NCBI GenBank assembly: GCA_965215565.1
Contig: CBDCDZ010000004.1
Span: 2,080,001 to 2,144,000, forward strand
Reading direction: 5' to 3'
Length of the DNA: 64,000 nt
From: Trueperaceae bacterium
GTDB lineage: Bacteria > Deinococcota > Deinococci > Deinococcales > Trueperaceae
The notes beneath the pieces are model-generated. The model did no database searches, was not told the origin of the DNA, and saw only the letters and a program-made list of their open reading frames with translations. Positions 23,307 to 33,315 of the stretch are shown one piece after another. Position numbers and translations under genes: made by a program. The first letter of the stretch is position 1. The number at the start of each line of letters is the position of its first letter.

Positions 23307-24436
23307 AGCCTACCCTTCCCGGCGCAACGATTGGCATTTTAGGTAGCGGTCAACTCGGGCGGATGTTGGCACTTGAAGCCAGGTACATGGGCTACCGCGT
23401 CCACACCTTTTCACCTGGCAAAGACACGCCGACGGGTCAAGTCGCTAACAAAGAGGTGAGCGCCGCTTACGACGACGTTGACGCAGTCAGAGCCTTTGCG
23501 CAAGCCGTTGACGTGGTGACGCTCGAGTTTGAGAACATTCCCGCTCGGACGCTCGAGGCTGCTTCCGAACACGCGGACGTTCGTCCCGGCATCAAAGCGC
23601 TCTACACCGCGCAAAACCGCCTGCGAGAGAAGACCTTTTTGTCGAATAACAGCTTTCCCATCGCGCCTTTTCGTGCGGTTCGAAGTGAAGGCGAGATTGA
23701 CGCTGCGCTGCAAGAGGTCGGCACGCCCGCTGTGCTCAAAACGGCAGGTTTTGGCTACGATGGGAAGGGACAGGCGAAGATTCAGAGCCCCGAAAAGGGG
23801 AGACGCGCTTTTGCGGAGTTGAAACAAGAGGCGGTTTTAGAAGCGTTCGTCACCTTTGAGCGGGAGGTGTCGGTGGTGGCGGCGAGAGGTGTAGACGGCT
23901 CTTTTGCACACTACGGGGTTATTGAAAATCGACACGAAAATCATATTTTAGACCTCTCGGTTGCTCCTACTGACCTCTCGAAAGAGGTTGTCAGCGAAGC
24001 AGTAGAGATTGCGAGAGGTATTTTAGAAGGGTTAGAAGTAGTCGGCGTGATGTGCGTCGAATTCTTCCTCACGCATGACCATGAACTCATCGTCAACGAA
24101 ATCGCGCCGCGTCCACACAACTCAGGACATCTGACCATCGAAGGGTGCGTGACGAGCCAGTTTGGACAGCAACTCCGCGCGGTCTGCGCTCTGCCACTTG
24201 GTTCAACCGAATTTGTGCGCCCCGCAGCGATGGCGAACCTCTTAGGGGATGTGTGGGGAAGAGGTGAGCCGAATTGGGTGGACGCGCTCGCTACGCCTAA
24301 CGTCTACTTGCACCTCTACGGCAAAACCGAGGCGAGATCGGGGCGGAAGATGGGACACATCACGGCGTTGGCAGAAGACACGAAAGAGGTTGTGGAGCGG
24401 GTCAAGGAGGCTCGAGCGTCGCTCACGAACCGCTAG
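23303..24436 (+). CDS. purK: N5-CAIR synthase
   Basis: [33 protein letters not shown]. Confidence 0.97.
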
Positions 24437-24488
24437 AGACGCCTTCTCTAAAACAGCAAGGTCTCAGGTTTCTTAGGTCTCGTGGACG

Positions 24489-24881
24489 CTATACACCTGC
24501 TGAGTCCACAAACGTCACCTCGTCGTCCAGCGGATTTGTGCCGATAGTGAGCACCGCAGCGGGCGCATCCGAGAGGTTGAGCAGCATGTGAGCTTTCGGC
24601 TCTTCAGCGTTGAAGCCGACGAAGTCACCCGGCCCGAGTTGCGTCACCTCCCCCTCAATCCAAACAGACGGCGTCCCTGAAAGGACCAAGAAAATCTCCT
24701 CTTTCGTTGAATGATAGTGCGTGGCAGCGGTGCGGCGTCCCGGCAAGATGACCTCTTGATGCACGAGCAAGGTGCCTATCCCCGCGAAGTCACTCAGCGA
24801 GCGAGCAAAACTCAGCCTTTCGCCTGTTTTCCGCGTGATAAGTTCTCGAGCCTCTAAATTATCAACCTTGCCTACCGTCAT
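24489..24881 (-). CDS. cupin-domain protein
   Basis: HYHSTKEE..LVLSG and AHML motifs; start moved to ATG after TAAGCT. Confidence 0.8.
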   Translation of the reverse strand: MTVGKVDNLEARELITRKTGERLSFARSLSDFAGIGTLLVHQEVILPGRRTAATHYHSTKEEIFLVLSGTPSVWIEGEVTQLGPGDFVGFNAEEPKAHMLLNLSDAPAAVLTIGTNPLDDEVTFVDSAGV

Positions 24882-25026
24882 GCTTGCCAGCTTAACAAGA
24901 GAAATGAAGAATAGAGAATACAGAAGGAGTATCCTCGCACCGTATTCTCTCTTCCCTTCGCACAGCACTTTACTCAACCTGTTCGGTGTATCTCACAAGA
25001 GGTCGCGCAAATGGTTTAGGGGCGTC

Positions 25027-25287
25027 TGGTAGTTCCAAAACGTACTGAGACAGAATGTCGCAGGTCTTATTGCGCAGCAATAGCGGGATTTCGTCTCTAT
25101 GGTGTACGTGCTAGTTATTGTTCATCCGTCCCTTCGGCTAGCGGGAGCGGTCCACGCGACTAAACTTCGTCCTTAATGGGCTTTCAGAAACGAAAGGGGA
25201 CGCAAGTTTGCTGCCTAGCAACGATATTTTATCTAGTGAGAGCGTTCCTGACCAGATGAAAGTGCCCCGGACGGGGTATATCTGCTA
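25027..25287 (-). mobile_element. MITE-like repeat expanded to ~260 bp by nested insertions
   Basis: Reverse-complement matches to both ends (gtagttcc..actgagacag; ctgaccagatga..tctgcta), interrupted by at least three inserts. Confidence 0.75.
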
Positions 25288-25288
25288 G

Positions 25289-25813
25289 TTATCGCTCCCA
25301 GAATGCAGGCGGCTCAACGCCTAACATCCGCAGATACACGTACCCTTGAGCGCGGTGGTGAATCTCGTTGTCGACGGCGTAGAGAACGAAGTATGGGTTC
25401 GGCATCGGCGGCAGACCGAAAGCGGACTCGGTAGCGCGAAAGCGTTCTGATGGGATGCGCGGCCACGCCTCTTGCAAGGTGGCACTGCTCTCGTCCCAAC
25501 GTCTTAGCAACTCGGCGCGGGTAGTTGTTTCTCTTTGAGCAGCCTCCGTTTTCTTCGCCCACTGCTCCATACTGAAGTCCGCACCTTCGCCTAAGAGGTG
25601 TTGAAGCGTAGGCTCGAGCATGATCGCCACCTCTAAGACCATCGCGCCAAAAGGTCGCATCGAATCCGCTGAGAAGGTGAAAAGCTGGTCCTCAGGAAAG
25701 GCTTGGGCCGTGCGGCGTGTCAAGCGTCTGTGCCCTTGCCAGTGCTCCAAAAGGGCTTCGGGGCTTAGAAAGACCTCTTTAGTCTCTACTTCAACTCCAT
25801 TGTTTGCGCTCAT
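25289..25813 (-). CDS. DinB-family protein
   Basis: HWQGHRRLTRR, NEIHHRAQGYVYLR.LG.EPP. Confidence 0.9.
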   Translation of the reverse strand: MSANNGVEVETKEVFLSPEALLEHWQGHRRLTRRTAQAFPEDQLFTFSADSMRPFGAMVLEVAIMLEPTLQHLLGEGADFSMEQWAKKTEAAQRETTTRAELLRRWDESSATLQEAWPRIPSERFRATESAFGLPPMPNPYFVLYAVDNEIHHRAQGYVYLRMLGVEPPAFWER

Positions 25814-25873
25814 GAGCCAACATCCTTTCGGGATCGCCTGAAGTCTTGCAACCTCAACTAAAGTCTAAAACCT

Positions 25874-25898
25874 ATTCCCGTCGGGACCTGTCGGGAAT
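25874..25898. promoter_or_regulatory. palindromic putative operator between dinB and the WYL regulator
   Basis: ATTCCCG-tcgggacctgt-CGGGAAT. Confidence 0.6.
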
Positions 25899-25917
25899 TC
25901 GTGGCATGATGAAACGT

Positions 25918-26883
25918 ATGTACGACCCTTCGATGCGCGTGCTGACGGTTTTAGAGCTTTTGCAGATTAGAGAGCGCATGTCGGGCGCGGAGTTAGCGGA
26001 GCGCTTAGAGGTGAGCCCCCGCACCGTGCAGCGCTACGTGGCGCGGCTTCAAGACTTAGGCGTGCCCGTGACGTCCACGAGAGGTCCAGGCGGGTCCTAC
26101 CGCCTCAGACCGGGTTTTCGGCTGCCGCCGATGATGTTCGGAATGGAGGAGGCGTTGGCGCTCGTGCTCGGGCTGGACGCGCTGACCTATCTGGGCTTGG
26201 GCGACATCGCGCCAGCAGCGACGGGCGCGAGGGTCAAGCTCGAGCGCGTGCTGCCAGACTCTGTTCGCGAGCAGGTGGACGCGCTCCGCGCCGCGCTGGA
26301 ACTAGAGAGGCCCCGTTGGACCGTAGACACGGATACCGCCGTTCTCACTCAACTCGCCGCCGCGATCCACGCACGTCAGCGCGCCACCCTAACCTACGTG
26401 GCGAGAGAGGGCAGCGTCACCTCGAGGGAGGTGGACCCGCTCGGGCTACTGCAACAGAGGGGGCGCTGGTTCTTAGCGGCGCACTGCCATCTAAGGCGAG
26501 ACCAGCGGCTCTTCCGCGTGGACCGCATCCAAAATGTGTCTCGCCTAGAGCGGACCTTCGAGCGCCCCTCTGAATTTGACCTCCGCGGCTTCGTAAGCAA
26601 GGGGCTCGCCTTCGCTACCGAACCCTGGCAGGCGACGGTCTGGCTCGAGCTGACCCAAGAAGCGTTGCAGTGCGCGCTGCCCTATCTTCCTCTAGAGAGG
26701 TCAGCAGAGCGTGAGGGAGACGGCTTTCTGCTCCGCTGTGAGGTTGCGGACCTAGAGGGCTTCGCCCTCTCCTTGCTCAATCTGCGCTGCGGGTTGGTGG
26801 TGCGTCATCCGCCGGAACTTAAAGAGGTGTTCGGGAGGGTGGCGAAGCGGGCGCTCGAGGTGGTAGGTAAGGCGTGCGCTTAG
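25918..26883 (+). CDS. YafY-type HTH-WYL-WCX transcriptional regulator
   Basis: MYDPSMRVLTVLELL, LEVSPRTVQRY, RWFLAA..C.LR...RLFRVDRI. Confidence 0.92.
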   Translation: MYDPSMRVLTVLELLQIRERMSGAELAERLEVSPRTVQRYVARLQDLGVPVTSTRGPGGSYRLRPGFRLPPMMFGMEEALALVLGLDALTYLGLGDIAPAATGARVKLERVLPDSVREQVDALRAALELERPRWTVDTDTAVLTQLAAAIHARQRATLTYVAREGSVTSREVDPLGLLQQRGRWFLAAHCHLRRDQRLFRVDRIQNVSRLERTFERPSEFDLRGFVSKGLAFATEPWQATVWLELTQEALQCALPYLPLERSAEREGDGFLLRCEVADLEGFALSLLNLRCGLVVRHPPELKEVFGRVAKRALEVVGKACA

Positions 26884-26918
26884 TGCCGGGGGAATACGGT
26901 ACTTTAACTTATAGGCGC

Positions 26919-26970
26919 CTCAGCATTTCAGCGAGTCAGGAAAACTTGAAACGCTGACCGCTGAGACGCT
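26919..26970. repeat. short-tandem palindromic repeat (TCAGCATT type)
   Basis: tcagcatttcagcgagtcagg...gctgaccgctgagacgct. Confidence 0.55.
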
Positions 26971-27030
26971 TCTACTCAAATTGAGGCTGCACTACGGCGC
27001 ACCTTCCGCGTGAAAGGTAGCCTGCACCCC

Positions 27031-27663
27031 ATGAAACAAGCTCTCATCATCGGTGCCACGGGGGGCATCGGCTCGGCGCTCGCGAAGCGTTTAGCGGGGG
27101 ACTACGCACTCATACTCGTCGGGCGTGACCAGACGAAGCTGCGCGAACTCAAAGGCTCGGCGGACGCGAAAGTCGTGCCGACGGACGTCTCGAGCGAACT
27201 CGAAGTTCAGGCCTTGTTCGATGAAATAAGCGAACTCGACCTCATCGTCTACACGGCGGGCGACATCCAACCCGAACTCCTCAAAACCGCGAGCGCCGAA
27301 AACTGGCGGCGCGTGATGGACGCGAACCTCACGGGCGTCTTCTTCACCCTCAAATACGCCGAAGCGAAACTGAACAAGGGCTCGCGTATCTTCGTCATCG
27401 GCGCTCGCCCCGAGTTGGTCAAGTATCGCGGCTTCGGCGCGTACGCCGCCGCCAAAGCGGGCGTCGCCTCGCTCGTGGAAATCGCCGCTGAGGAGATGAA
27501 GCGCAAGGCGTCCCTGACGCTCGTGCTGCCCAAGGCGGTGGATTCAGACTTTTGGGACAACGTAGGCAAACCGCCCAAAGGTGCGCTCAAACCCGACGAA
27601 GTCGCCCAGGCGATTCAGGAAAGTTTGCAGGGTGAGGCGGAGGAAAAACTCCGAGTCGGTTAA
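27031..27663 (+). CDS. short-chain dehydrogenase/reductase
   Basis: GATGGIG, YAAAK. Confidence 0.9.
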   Translation: MKQALIIGATGGIGSALAKRLAGDYALILVGRDQTKLRELKGSADAKVVPTDVSSELEVQALFDEISELDLIVYTAGDIQPELLKTASAENWRRVMDANLTGVFFTLKYAEAKLNKGSRIFVIGARPELVKYRGFGAYAAAKAGVASLVEIAAEEMKRKASLTLVLPKAVDSDFWDNVGKPPKGALKPDEVAQAIQESLQGEAEEKLRVG

Positions 27664-27687
27664 GGCTGTATCCGTACGCAATACAGT

Positions 27688-27870
27688 TAGCAGGTATCAT
27701 CTGGTCAGAGTGTACGAAGTTTTGCGAAGCAACACTCTCACTTTGTGAAACGATGTCGAGCACGCACTTTAAGGGATGAAATCCCGCAACGGCAGGGCGG
27801 CCTGCCCGTAACGCTAGTCCTACGGACAGAGACCTGCGTTCAACTGTCTCAGTGTGTCGTGGAACTGCTT
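27688..27870 (+). mobile_element. MITE-like repeat with two nested insertions
   Basis: Collinear with 20550 copy except inserts at ~27711-27731 and ~27780-27828. Confidence 0.85.
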
Positions 27871-27874
27871 AGTA

Positions 27875-27903
27875 TAGAGGCAGGTTTGAAACCCGCCTCT
27901 ACA
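27875..27903. repeat. REP-like palindrome
   Basis: TAGAGGCAGGTTT-g-AAACCCGCCTCTAca; related to 49241-49270. Confidence 0.6.
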
Positions 27904-28006
27904 AAGCGCAGCGTTCAGATGTATACGGGGCAGTGCTCACAACATAGATTTCTAGCTACATGTGCGAAAACGTGAAAAATCTTGCACAAACCCTTAAACT
28001 GACTTC

Positions 28007-29209
28007 ATGCGCACATGGTGGCAACCTCCAACCCTGAGCAGAACGGATAGCGAACGGCGGGCGGGCTGGCTCGAGCTGTTCTACGATCTCGTTTACATCG
28101 CAGCCGTCATCGAGTTGGGCTCCTACTTTCACGGCGAGCTGACCCCTTTAGGCACGCTACGCTATATTTTTCTCTTTCTCATCGTCTGGTGGTCATGGTC
28201 GGGCACGACCTACTATGAAAACCGCTTTATCGCCGACGACGCGCTCCACCGCATCCTCATCTTTTTGCAGATTTTCTTCGTCGGCAGCCTCGCCGGGAAC
28301 ATCCCGCGGGCGTTCGGCGAGGGCGCGGCTATCTTTGCGTTCTCCTACGCGGCGATCCGCATCATCCTGATCCTTATGTACGCGCGAGCTTACCGCGCTG
28401 TGCCGAACAGCCGCCCGCTCATCCGCAACTACACCGCCGGCTTTTCGCTCGGGATCTTATGCTTTATCGCCTCGATGTTTGTACCCGCACCCTGGAACTA
28501 CGCGCTTTGGGGGCTAGGTATCGGCGCAGAAGTTATCGTGCACATGCTTTTCGGAACGCAGGGACTCGAGCGCCACTTCCCCTTCAACCTCAACCACTTG
28601 AGCGAACGCTACGCGCTCTTCATCATCATCGTTTTAGGCGACTCGTTTATCAAAGCCATTGGGCGCACCGCCGAGGAAGGCATCGGTCCGAACACGTATA
28701 TCTTTGGCGCGATGGGCGTGCTGATGACGGTGAGCTTGTGGTGGACGTATTTTGACGACGTGGCAGAAGCCGCCCTCCGTCAAGGCTACGACTCGCTGAC
28801 CTCTTGGGTCTACGCGCACTTCCCGCTCTCAGTCGCTATTGTTGGCTTTGGCGTGGCAGTGGAGGACGTGACGCAGCTAAGGGTCAGCGTACCGATGGAA
28901 ATGCCCCTCTTCTGGCTCCTCTATCTGTCAGTGGGCGGCTACCTCTTAGCGACCTCTTGGGTGGACGTCCTCACCGAGACGAGTGCGCCGCAGCTCGGCT
29001 TAGAGCGCGCTTACATGCGCGTGGGCTCAGGTCTCGCCCTCGTCGCCTTCGCCGTGCTCTACACCTATTTAGGATGGGAGATGTCCGCGCTCTGGACGGT
29101 TGGGCTCGTGTCAGGTGTCTGCGCCGCACAGATTATCTACGACCTCTCGCATAGCCGTGAAAAGAGCGAGGTGCACGCCGAGGTGAAGGAGGTTCCAACC
29201 GGAGACTAA
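28007..29209 (+). CDS. low temperature requirement protein A (LtrA) family membrane protein
   Basis: WLELFYDLVY, HLSERYALFIIIVLG, WWTYFD. Confidence 0.9.
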   Translation: MRTWWQPPTLSRTDSERRAGWLELFYDLVYIAAVIELGSYFHGELTPLGTLRYIFLFLIVWWSWSGTTYYENRFIADDALHRILIFLQIFFVGSLAGNIPRAFGEGAAIFAFSYAAIRIILILMYARAYRAVPNSRPLIRNYTAGFSLGILCFIASMFVPAPWNYALWGLGIGAEVIVHMLFGTQGLERHFPFNLNHLSERYALFIIIVLGDSFIKAIGRTAEEGIGPNTYIFGAMGVLMTVSLWWTYFDDVAEAALRQGYDSLTSWVYAHFPLSVAIVGFGVAVEDVTQLRVSVPMEMPLFWLLYLSVGGYLLATSWVDVLTETSAPQLGLERAYMRVGSGLALVAFAVLYTYLGWEMSALWTVGLVSGVCAAQIIYDLSHSREKSEVHAEVKEVPTGD

Positions 29210-29270
29210 TGTTGGACAAGAGAAAAGGCGCAGCTTATACTGCGCCTCTTCTCGTAAAGAGGTCAGCGTT

Positions 29271-29762
29271 TTACGCTCGAGCCTCTTGATTAATCGAAGT
29301 CTCCGCAAGTTGCGAGAGTTTTTTGTCCGTCGACTCCTCTTGCTGTAGGGTCTCCTCTAAAATGCTCTGCACCTCGTCTAAGTTGAGCTGACGCGCGTAC
29401 GTCACCGAGGAACCGTAGCCCGCCATGCCGTAGTGCTGCATCCGCTGGACGGCGGCGACGATGGTGGCGTCTAAAGCTGCACCTTGCTCGTGCTCGCTCA
29501 CGTGCTCCTTGCCCTCTTTGATGAGCCCTTCCATACCGTGGCAGAACTCACCCTCCAAGGAAAAGTCCATGATCTGCGCCACACGCTCCAACTTCTCTAG
29601 CTGCTGCTTCGTCTCCTCCACGTGCTGGTTTAGGGCGTCTTGGAGCTGCGGCGACTGGGTCGCGTTGGCGATTTCCGGGAGCGCGTTCATTGCTTGATTA
29701 CCCGCGCTATAAAGGTCTTTGAGTTGGTGTTTGAGTACGTCTTCTAAGGTCTGTAATGCCAT
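29271..29762 (-). CDS. YciE/YciF ferritin-like (DUF892) protein
   Basis: LKDLYSA, CHGMEGLIKEG, TLQQEESTDKKL. Confidence 0.9.
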   Translation of the reverse strand: MALQTLEDVLKHQLKDLYSAGNQAMNALPEIANATQSPQLQDALNQHVEETKQQLEKLERVAQIMDFSLEGEFCHGMEGLIKEGKEHVSEHEQGAALDATIVAAVQRMQHYGMAGYGSSVTYARQLNLDEVQSILEETLQQEESTDKKLSQLAETSINQEARA

Positions 29763-29898
29763 ATTTTGCCCCTTTCATAAGTAGGGTAAAGCAGACGCAA
29801 AAATAAGACCGTAGATTGTGGCGAAATGTTGGGGAGAAAAGCAGCAACGAGCAATCCAGTCGAGCTGGTTCGCGCTAGCACTTGCGAAGCAAACGAAC

Positions 29899-29947
29899 GG
29901 TGAGTTGAAAGTGAAAGTCAAAGGCTTTTCACTCATTGCTCATTGCT
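29899..29947. repeat. AGCAATG-type heptamer palindromic repeat
   Basis: gtgaaagtcaaaggcttttcactcattgctcattgct; relatives at 30866, 45152, 62932. Confidence 0.6.
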
Positions 29948-30833
29948 GTTTTATCCAGTGTAGGACGTTATTTTCTAGCTCCAACGTCACTCGCCCTGAC
30001 TCACGCAAATACGTCAGGTACGCCATCACCGTGCAGAGGTTGAGGTAGTAGCGCGGCACATCTGTCATCTCGATGTGAAGTTTTTTACAGGTGTTTTGGA
30101 GAACGGCGGCGGTATCTACGCCTGCACAGACCTCTTCAATCACATCCGCCGCTCGTTGAAAGGTTTCTACATTCTTCCGAACGAGTTCGCCGACCTCTTC
30201 GGTGGGTTCGCCGTGACCGGGGAGGATGACCCGAGCCTCCAGCGTCACCATCTTTTCGGCGCTTGCTATCTGCCCTCCAATGTCCTGACCAAAAGGAAGC
30301 GGGTACTTCTCCAACGCGCTTTCACCAAACACCGCGTCCGCCGCAAAGAGCACATCACCGACTTTGACGGCGTAGTGCGTATGCGCATGACCGGAGGACT
30401 CGGTAATCTCTAAAGTGAGCCCAGCAAACTCGAGCGTTCCCGGCTCCAAGAGGTGATGCACGGGCGAAGGTTTCGCCAACAGCCACTTCGAGAGGAGTTC
30501 TTTGGGAGGTTTCGCGCCACCGAAGAGGTAGACGGGTTCTAAATACGGGCTCTGCATGATGCTCGCCTCGAAAGGTGGGGCGTAAACGGGTAAATTCAGA
30601 TTCCTGACCAAGTAGTCGTTGCCGCCGTAGTGGTCTGCGTGCGCGTGCGTGTTGACAATGGCGATAGGTGTTACGTTCAGCGAATCACACGCCTTACGGA
30701 TACGTCGCCCCGCATCTTTGTCGCCGCCTGTATCTACAAGAACGGCTTGTTTGTCATCTCCAACGAGAATAACCGAGTTGACGCCGCCGGGGAGGTAGAA
30801 GACGCTTTCGCTGAGTTGGATGGGGTTAGACAT
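29940..30833 (-). CDS. MBL-fold metallo-hydrolase
   Basis: THAHADH motif; start moved to ATG after TATGCT. Confidence 0.88.
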   Translation of the reverse strand: MSNPIQLSESVFYLPGGVNSVILVGDDKQAVLVDTGGDKDAGRRIRKACDSLNVTPIAIVNTHAHADHYGGNDYLVRNLNLPVYAPPFEASIMQSPYLEPVYLFGGAKPPKELLSKWLLAKPSPVHHLLEPGTLEFAGLTLEITESSGHAHTHYAVKVGDVLFAADAVFGESALEKYPLPFGQDIGGQIASAEKMVTLEARVILPGHGEPTEEVGELVRKNVETFQRAADVIEEVCAGVDTAAVLQNTCKKLHIEMTDVPRYYLNLCTVMAYLTYLRESGRVTLELENNVLHWIKQQ

Positions 30834-30865
30834 AGCTCGAGCATACCTAACTGCGTGTTTCGAGT

Positions 30866-30911
30866 AGCAATGAGAAACGAGCAATAAGTGAAAACCTCTA
30901 GACTCATTGCT
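30866..30911. repeat. AGCAATG-type heptamer palindromic repeat
   Basis: agcaatgagaaacgagcaataagtgaaaacctctagactcattgct. Confidence 0.65.
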
Positions 30912-30959
30912 GCTAGACCTCTTTACCTGAGCAACCGGACAGGGTGTAGCTCTGTTCCC

Positions 30960-33125
30960 TCACGCTGCTAACCCCGCCCGCACGCATTTCAACACGCCGT
31001 AGTCGTAGCGCTCCCCTAACTTTTCAAAAAGAGGTCTAAGATACGGCTTCTCTTCTTCGGGCAAATCGAAAAACGTCTGTTCGATGAAGGTAATCTCCTC
31101 TTTCGGCAGCTTCGTCGCCTCTTGGGCGGTGAGTTGACCTCTCGAGACCAGCTCCGCTAAATGATTCTCCACCGTGCGCATCTTGAGGTTACGCTCGCTC
31201 GCCACCTCCTGGAGCGTGTGTCCTGCTAAGACGAGCTGTAAGGTTTGCTCATACGTGTCGAGGTCGTCTTCAGCAGGTTCCAAAGGTAAAGAGGTCACAG
31301 GTGAAGTGGCTTGGGGCGCAACATCCGCGTACTGTTGCAACACCTCTAGGAACGCTTCGCCGTAGCGCTCCAACTTCGTCTTCCCTACCCCGGTGATGGC
31401 GTTCATCGCACCTAAGCTCTGCGGCACAACCTCCGCCATCTGCTTTAAGGTGGCGTCGTGAAAGATAACGTAAGGGGGGACGCTCTGTTCTTTGGCGAGT
31501 TCGGTGCGTAGGGTGCGTAGGGCGTTGAAAAGTTCTAAGGTCTCCCCCGTCAATTCAACCGCTTTGTTGCTAGTCGCACTCTTCTTCACAGGTTTGGGGT
31601 CCCGCCGGAAAGAAACAGTCTCTTGACTTTTGAGGACGGCGGCGCTCTGCGGCGTGAGGAGTAAAGAGCCGTAGCCGCCCCCGTCACTCGTCAAGTAGCC
31701 CCACGAAACGAGCTGCCGCAGCACCGAGCGCCACTGTTTTTCGTCCAACTCCGTACCGACACCGAAGGTGCTCAGCTCGTCGTGTTTCAAATTCTTCATG
31801 CGCGGCGTGTTCTTGCCTAAGAGCACGTCAATCACATGACCTGCGCCGAAACGCTGCCCCGTGCGGTAGACCGCCGAGAGCGCCTTTTGCGCCGCTACCG
31901 TGCCGTCCCAAGTTTCGACGGGGTTTAAGCACGTGTCGCAGTTGCCGCAAGGCTGCTCCAAAGTCTCGTCAAAATACGAGAGGAGCAGTTGACGCCGACA
32001 TCTGGGGGACTCGCAGTAGCCTAAGAGAGCCTCGAGCTTCTGCTGCTCGATTCGCTTGAATTCCTCGCTCGCTTCGCTGCCCGCCAACATCTGCCGCAGC
32101 ATGACCACGTCCGCTAAACCGTAAGTCATAAAGGCGTTCGAGGGCAATCCGTCGCGTCCGGCGCGTCCGGTCTCTTGGTAATAGCCCTCTAAGCTCTTCG
32201 GTAAGTCAAGGTGCGCGACAAAACGTACGTCCGGCTTGTCGATGCCCATCCCAAACGCCACCGTTGCGACCATCACGACGCCCTCTTCCAATAAAAAGCG
32301 CTCTTGATGCCGCTGGCGCATCTCGCTCGTCAACCCTGCGTGATAGGGCAGCGCTTTGATGCCGCGCTTGCCGAGCCAATCGGCCGTCTTCTCCACGCTC
32401 TTGCGCGACAAGCAGTAAACGATGCCCGCGTCGCTGAGATGCTCGCGCTTGTAAAAGTCCAAAAACTGCTGCTTGGCGTTGTTCTTGTCCACGACGGTGT
32501 AGCGGATGTTTGGACGGTCAAACGATGAGACGAACTGCCGCGCCCTTGTGAGATGCAAACGCTCCACGATGTCGCGCCGCGTGACCTCATCCGCCGTAGC
32601 AGTTAGCGCGAGGCGGGGAATATCCGGGTAACGTTCCGCTAGTAATGCCAACCCGCGATACTCCGGGCGGAAGTCGTGTCCCCACTGCGAGACGCAGTGC
32701 GCTTCGTCGATGGCGAATAGGGCGATATGACTGCGCCCCAAGAGGTCTAAAAAGCGCGGCGTCAAAAGGCGTTCGGGCGCGACGTATAAGAGGTCAAGCT
32801 CGCCGCGTAAAAGCTGATTTTCAACCGCGTAAGCGTCCGAAGAGGTGAGGCTCGAGTTCAAAAACGCCGCCTTAACGCCAAGTTGTAAGAGCGCGTCCAC
32901 CTGGTCTTTCATCAGCGCGATGAGAGGTGACACGACAATACCCACGCCCCGCCGCACCTGTGAGGGAATCTGAAAACAGAGCGACTTACCGCCGCCCGTC
33001 GGCATCAAAACGAAGGCGTCCCCACCAGCCGCCACATGCTCGACAATCTCCGCTTGTGCGCCGCGAAAGGCGTTGTAGCCGTAGACGGATGAGAGGATGC
33101 GTTCGGCGCTGGAGAGCGTGGTCAT
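30960..33125 (-). CDS. recQ: ATP-dependent DNA helicase RecQ
   Basis: [38 protein letters not shown] cysteines, one HRDC, C-terminal HTH. Confidence 0.97.
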   Translation of the reverse strand: MTTLSSAERILSSVYGYNAFRGAQAEIVEHVAAGGDAFVLMPTGGGKSLCFQIPSQVRRGVGIVVSPLIALMKDQVDALLQLGVKAAFLNSSLTSSDAYAVENQLLRGELDLLYVAPERLLTPRFLDLLGRSHIALFAIDEAHCVSQWGHDFRPEYRGLALLAERYPDIPRLALTATADEVTRRDIVERLHLTRARQFVSSFDRPNIRYTVVDKNNAKQQFLDFYKREHLSDAGIVYCLSRKSVEKTADWLGKRGIKALPYHAGLTSEMRQRHQERFLLEEGVVMVATVAFGMGIDKPDVRFVAHLDLPKSLEGYYQETGRAGRDGLPSNAFMTYGLADVVMLRQMLAGSEASEEFKRIEQQKLEALLGYCESPRCRRQLLLSYFDETLEQPCGNCDTCLNPVETWDGTVAAQKALSAVYRTGQRFGAGHVIDVLLGKNTPRMKNLKHDELSTFGVGTELDEKQWRSVLRQLVSWGYLTSDGGGYGSLLLTPQSAAVLKSQETVSFRRDPKPVKKSATSNKAVELTGETLELFNALRTLRTELAKEQSVPPYVIFHDATLKQMAEVVPQSLGAMNAITGVGKTKLERYGEAFLEVLQQYADVAPQATSPVTSLPLEPAEDDLDTYEQTLQLVLAGHTLQEVASERNLKMRTVENHLAELVSRGQLTAQEATKLPKEEITFIEQTFFDLPEEEKPYLRPLFEKLGERYDYGVLKCVRAGLAA

Positions 33126-33315
33126 AGGAGGTATTGTCTCACGTTGTTAGGGGCGAGGGCAAACGGATTCGTCACGTGGTTTGGCTCGAGATGGGAAGTG
33201 CAGACTCAGTCTATTAAAGCACTCTGGCTTTACCCTGAAACACGGAGCTGAACCCTAGAGAACTCAGCTTTGCACTTACTTTTACTTCGACCTCTTTAGG
33301 AGAGAACCGTGCAAC

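Noticed and set aside
27745..27975. 76-aa ORF
   Set aside because: Lies largely within repeat elements; no protein features.
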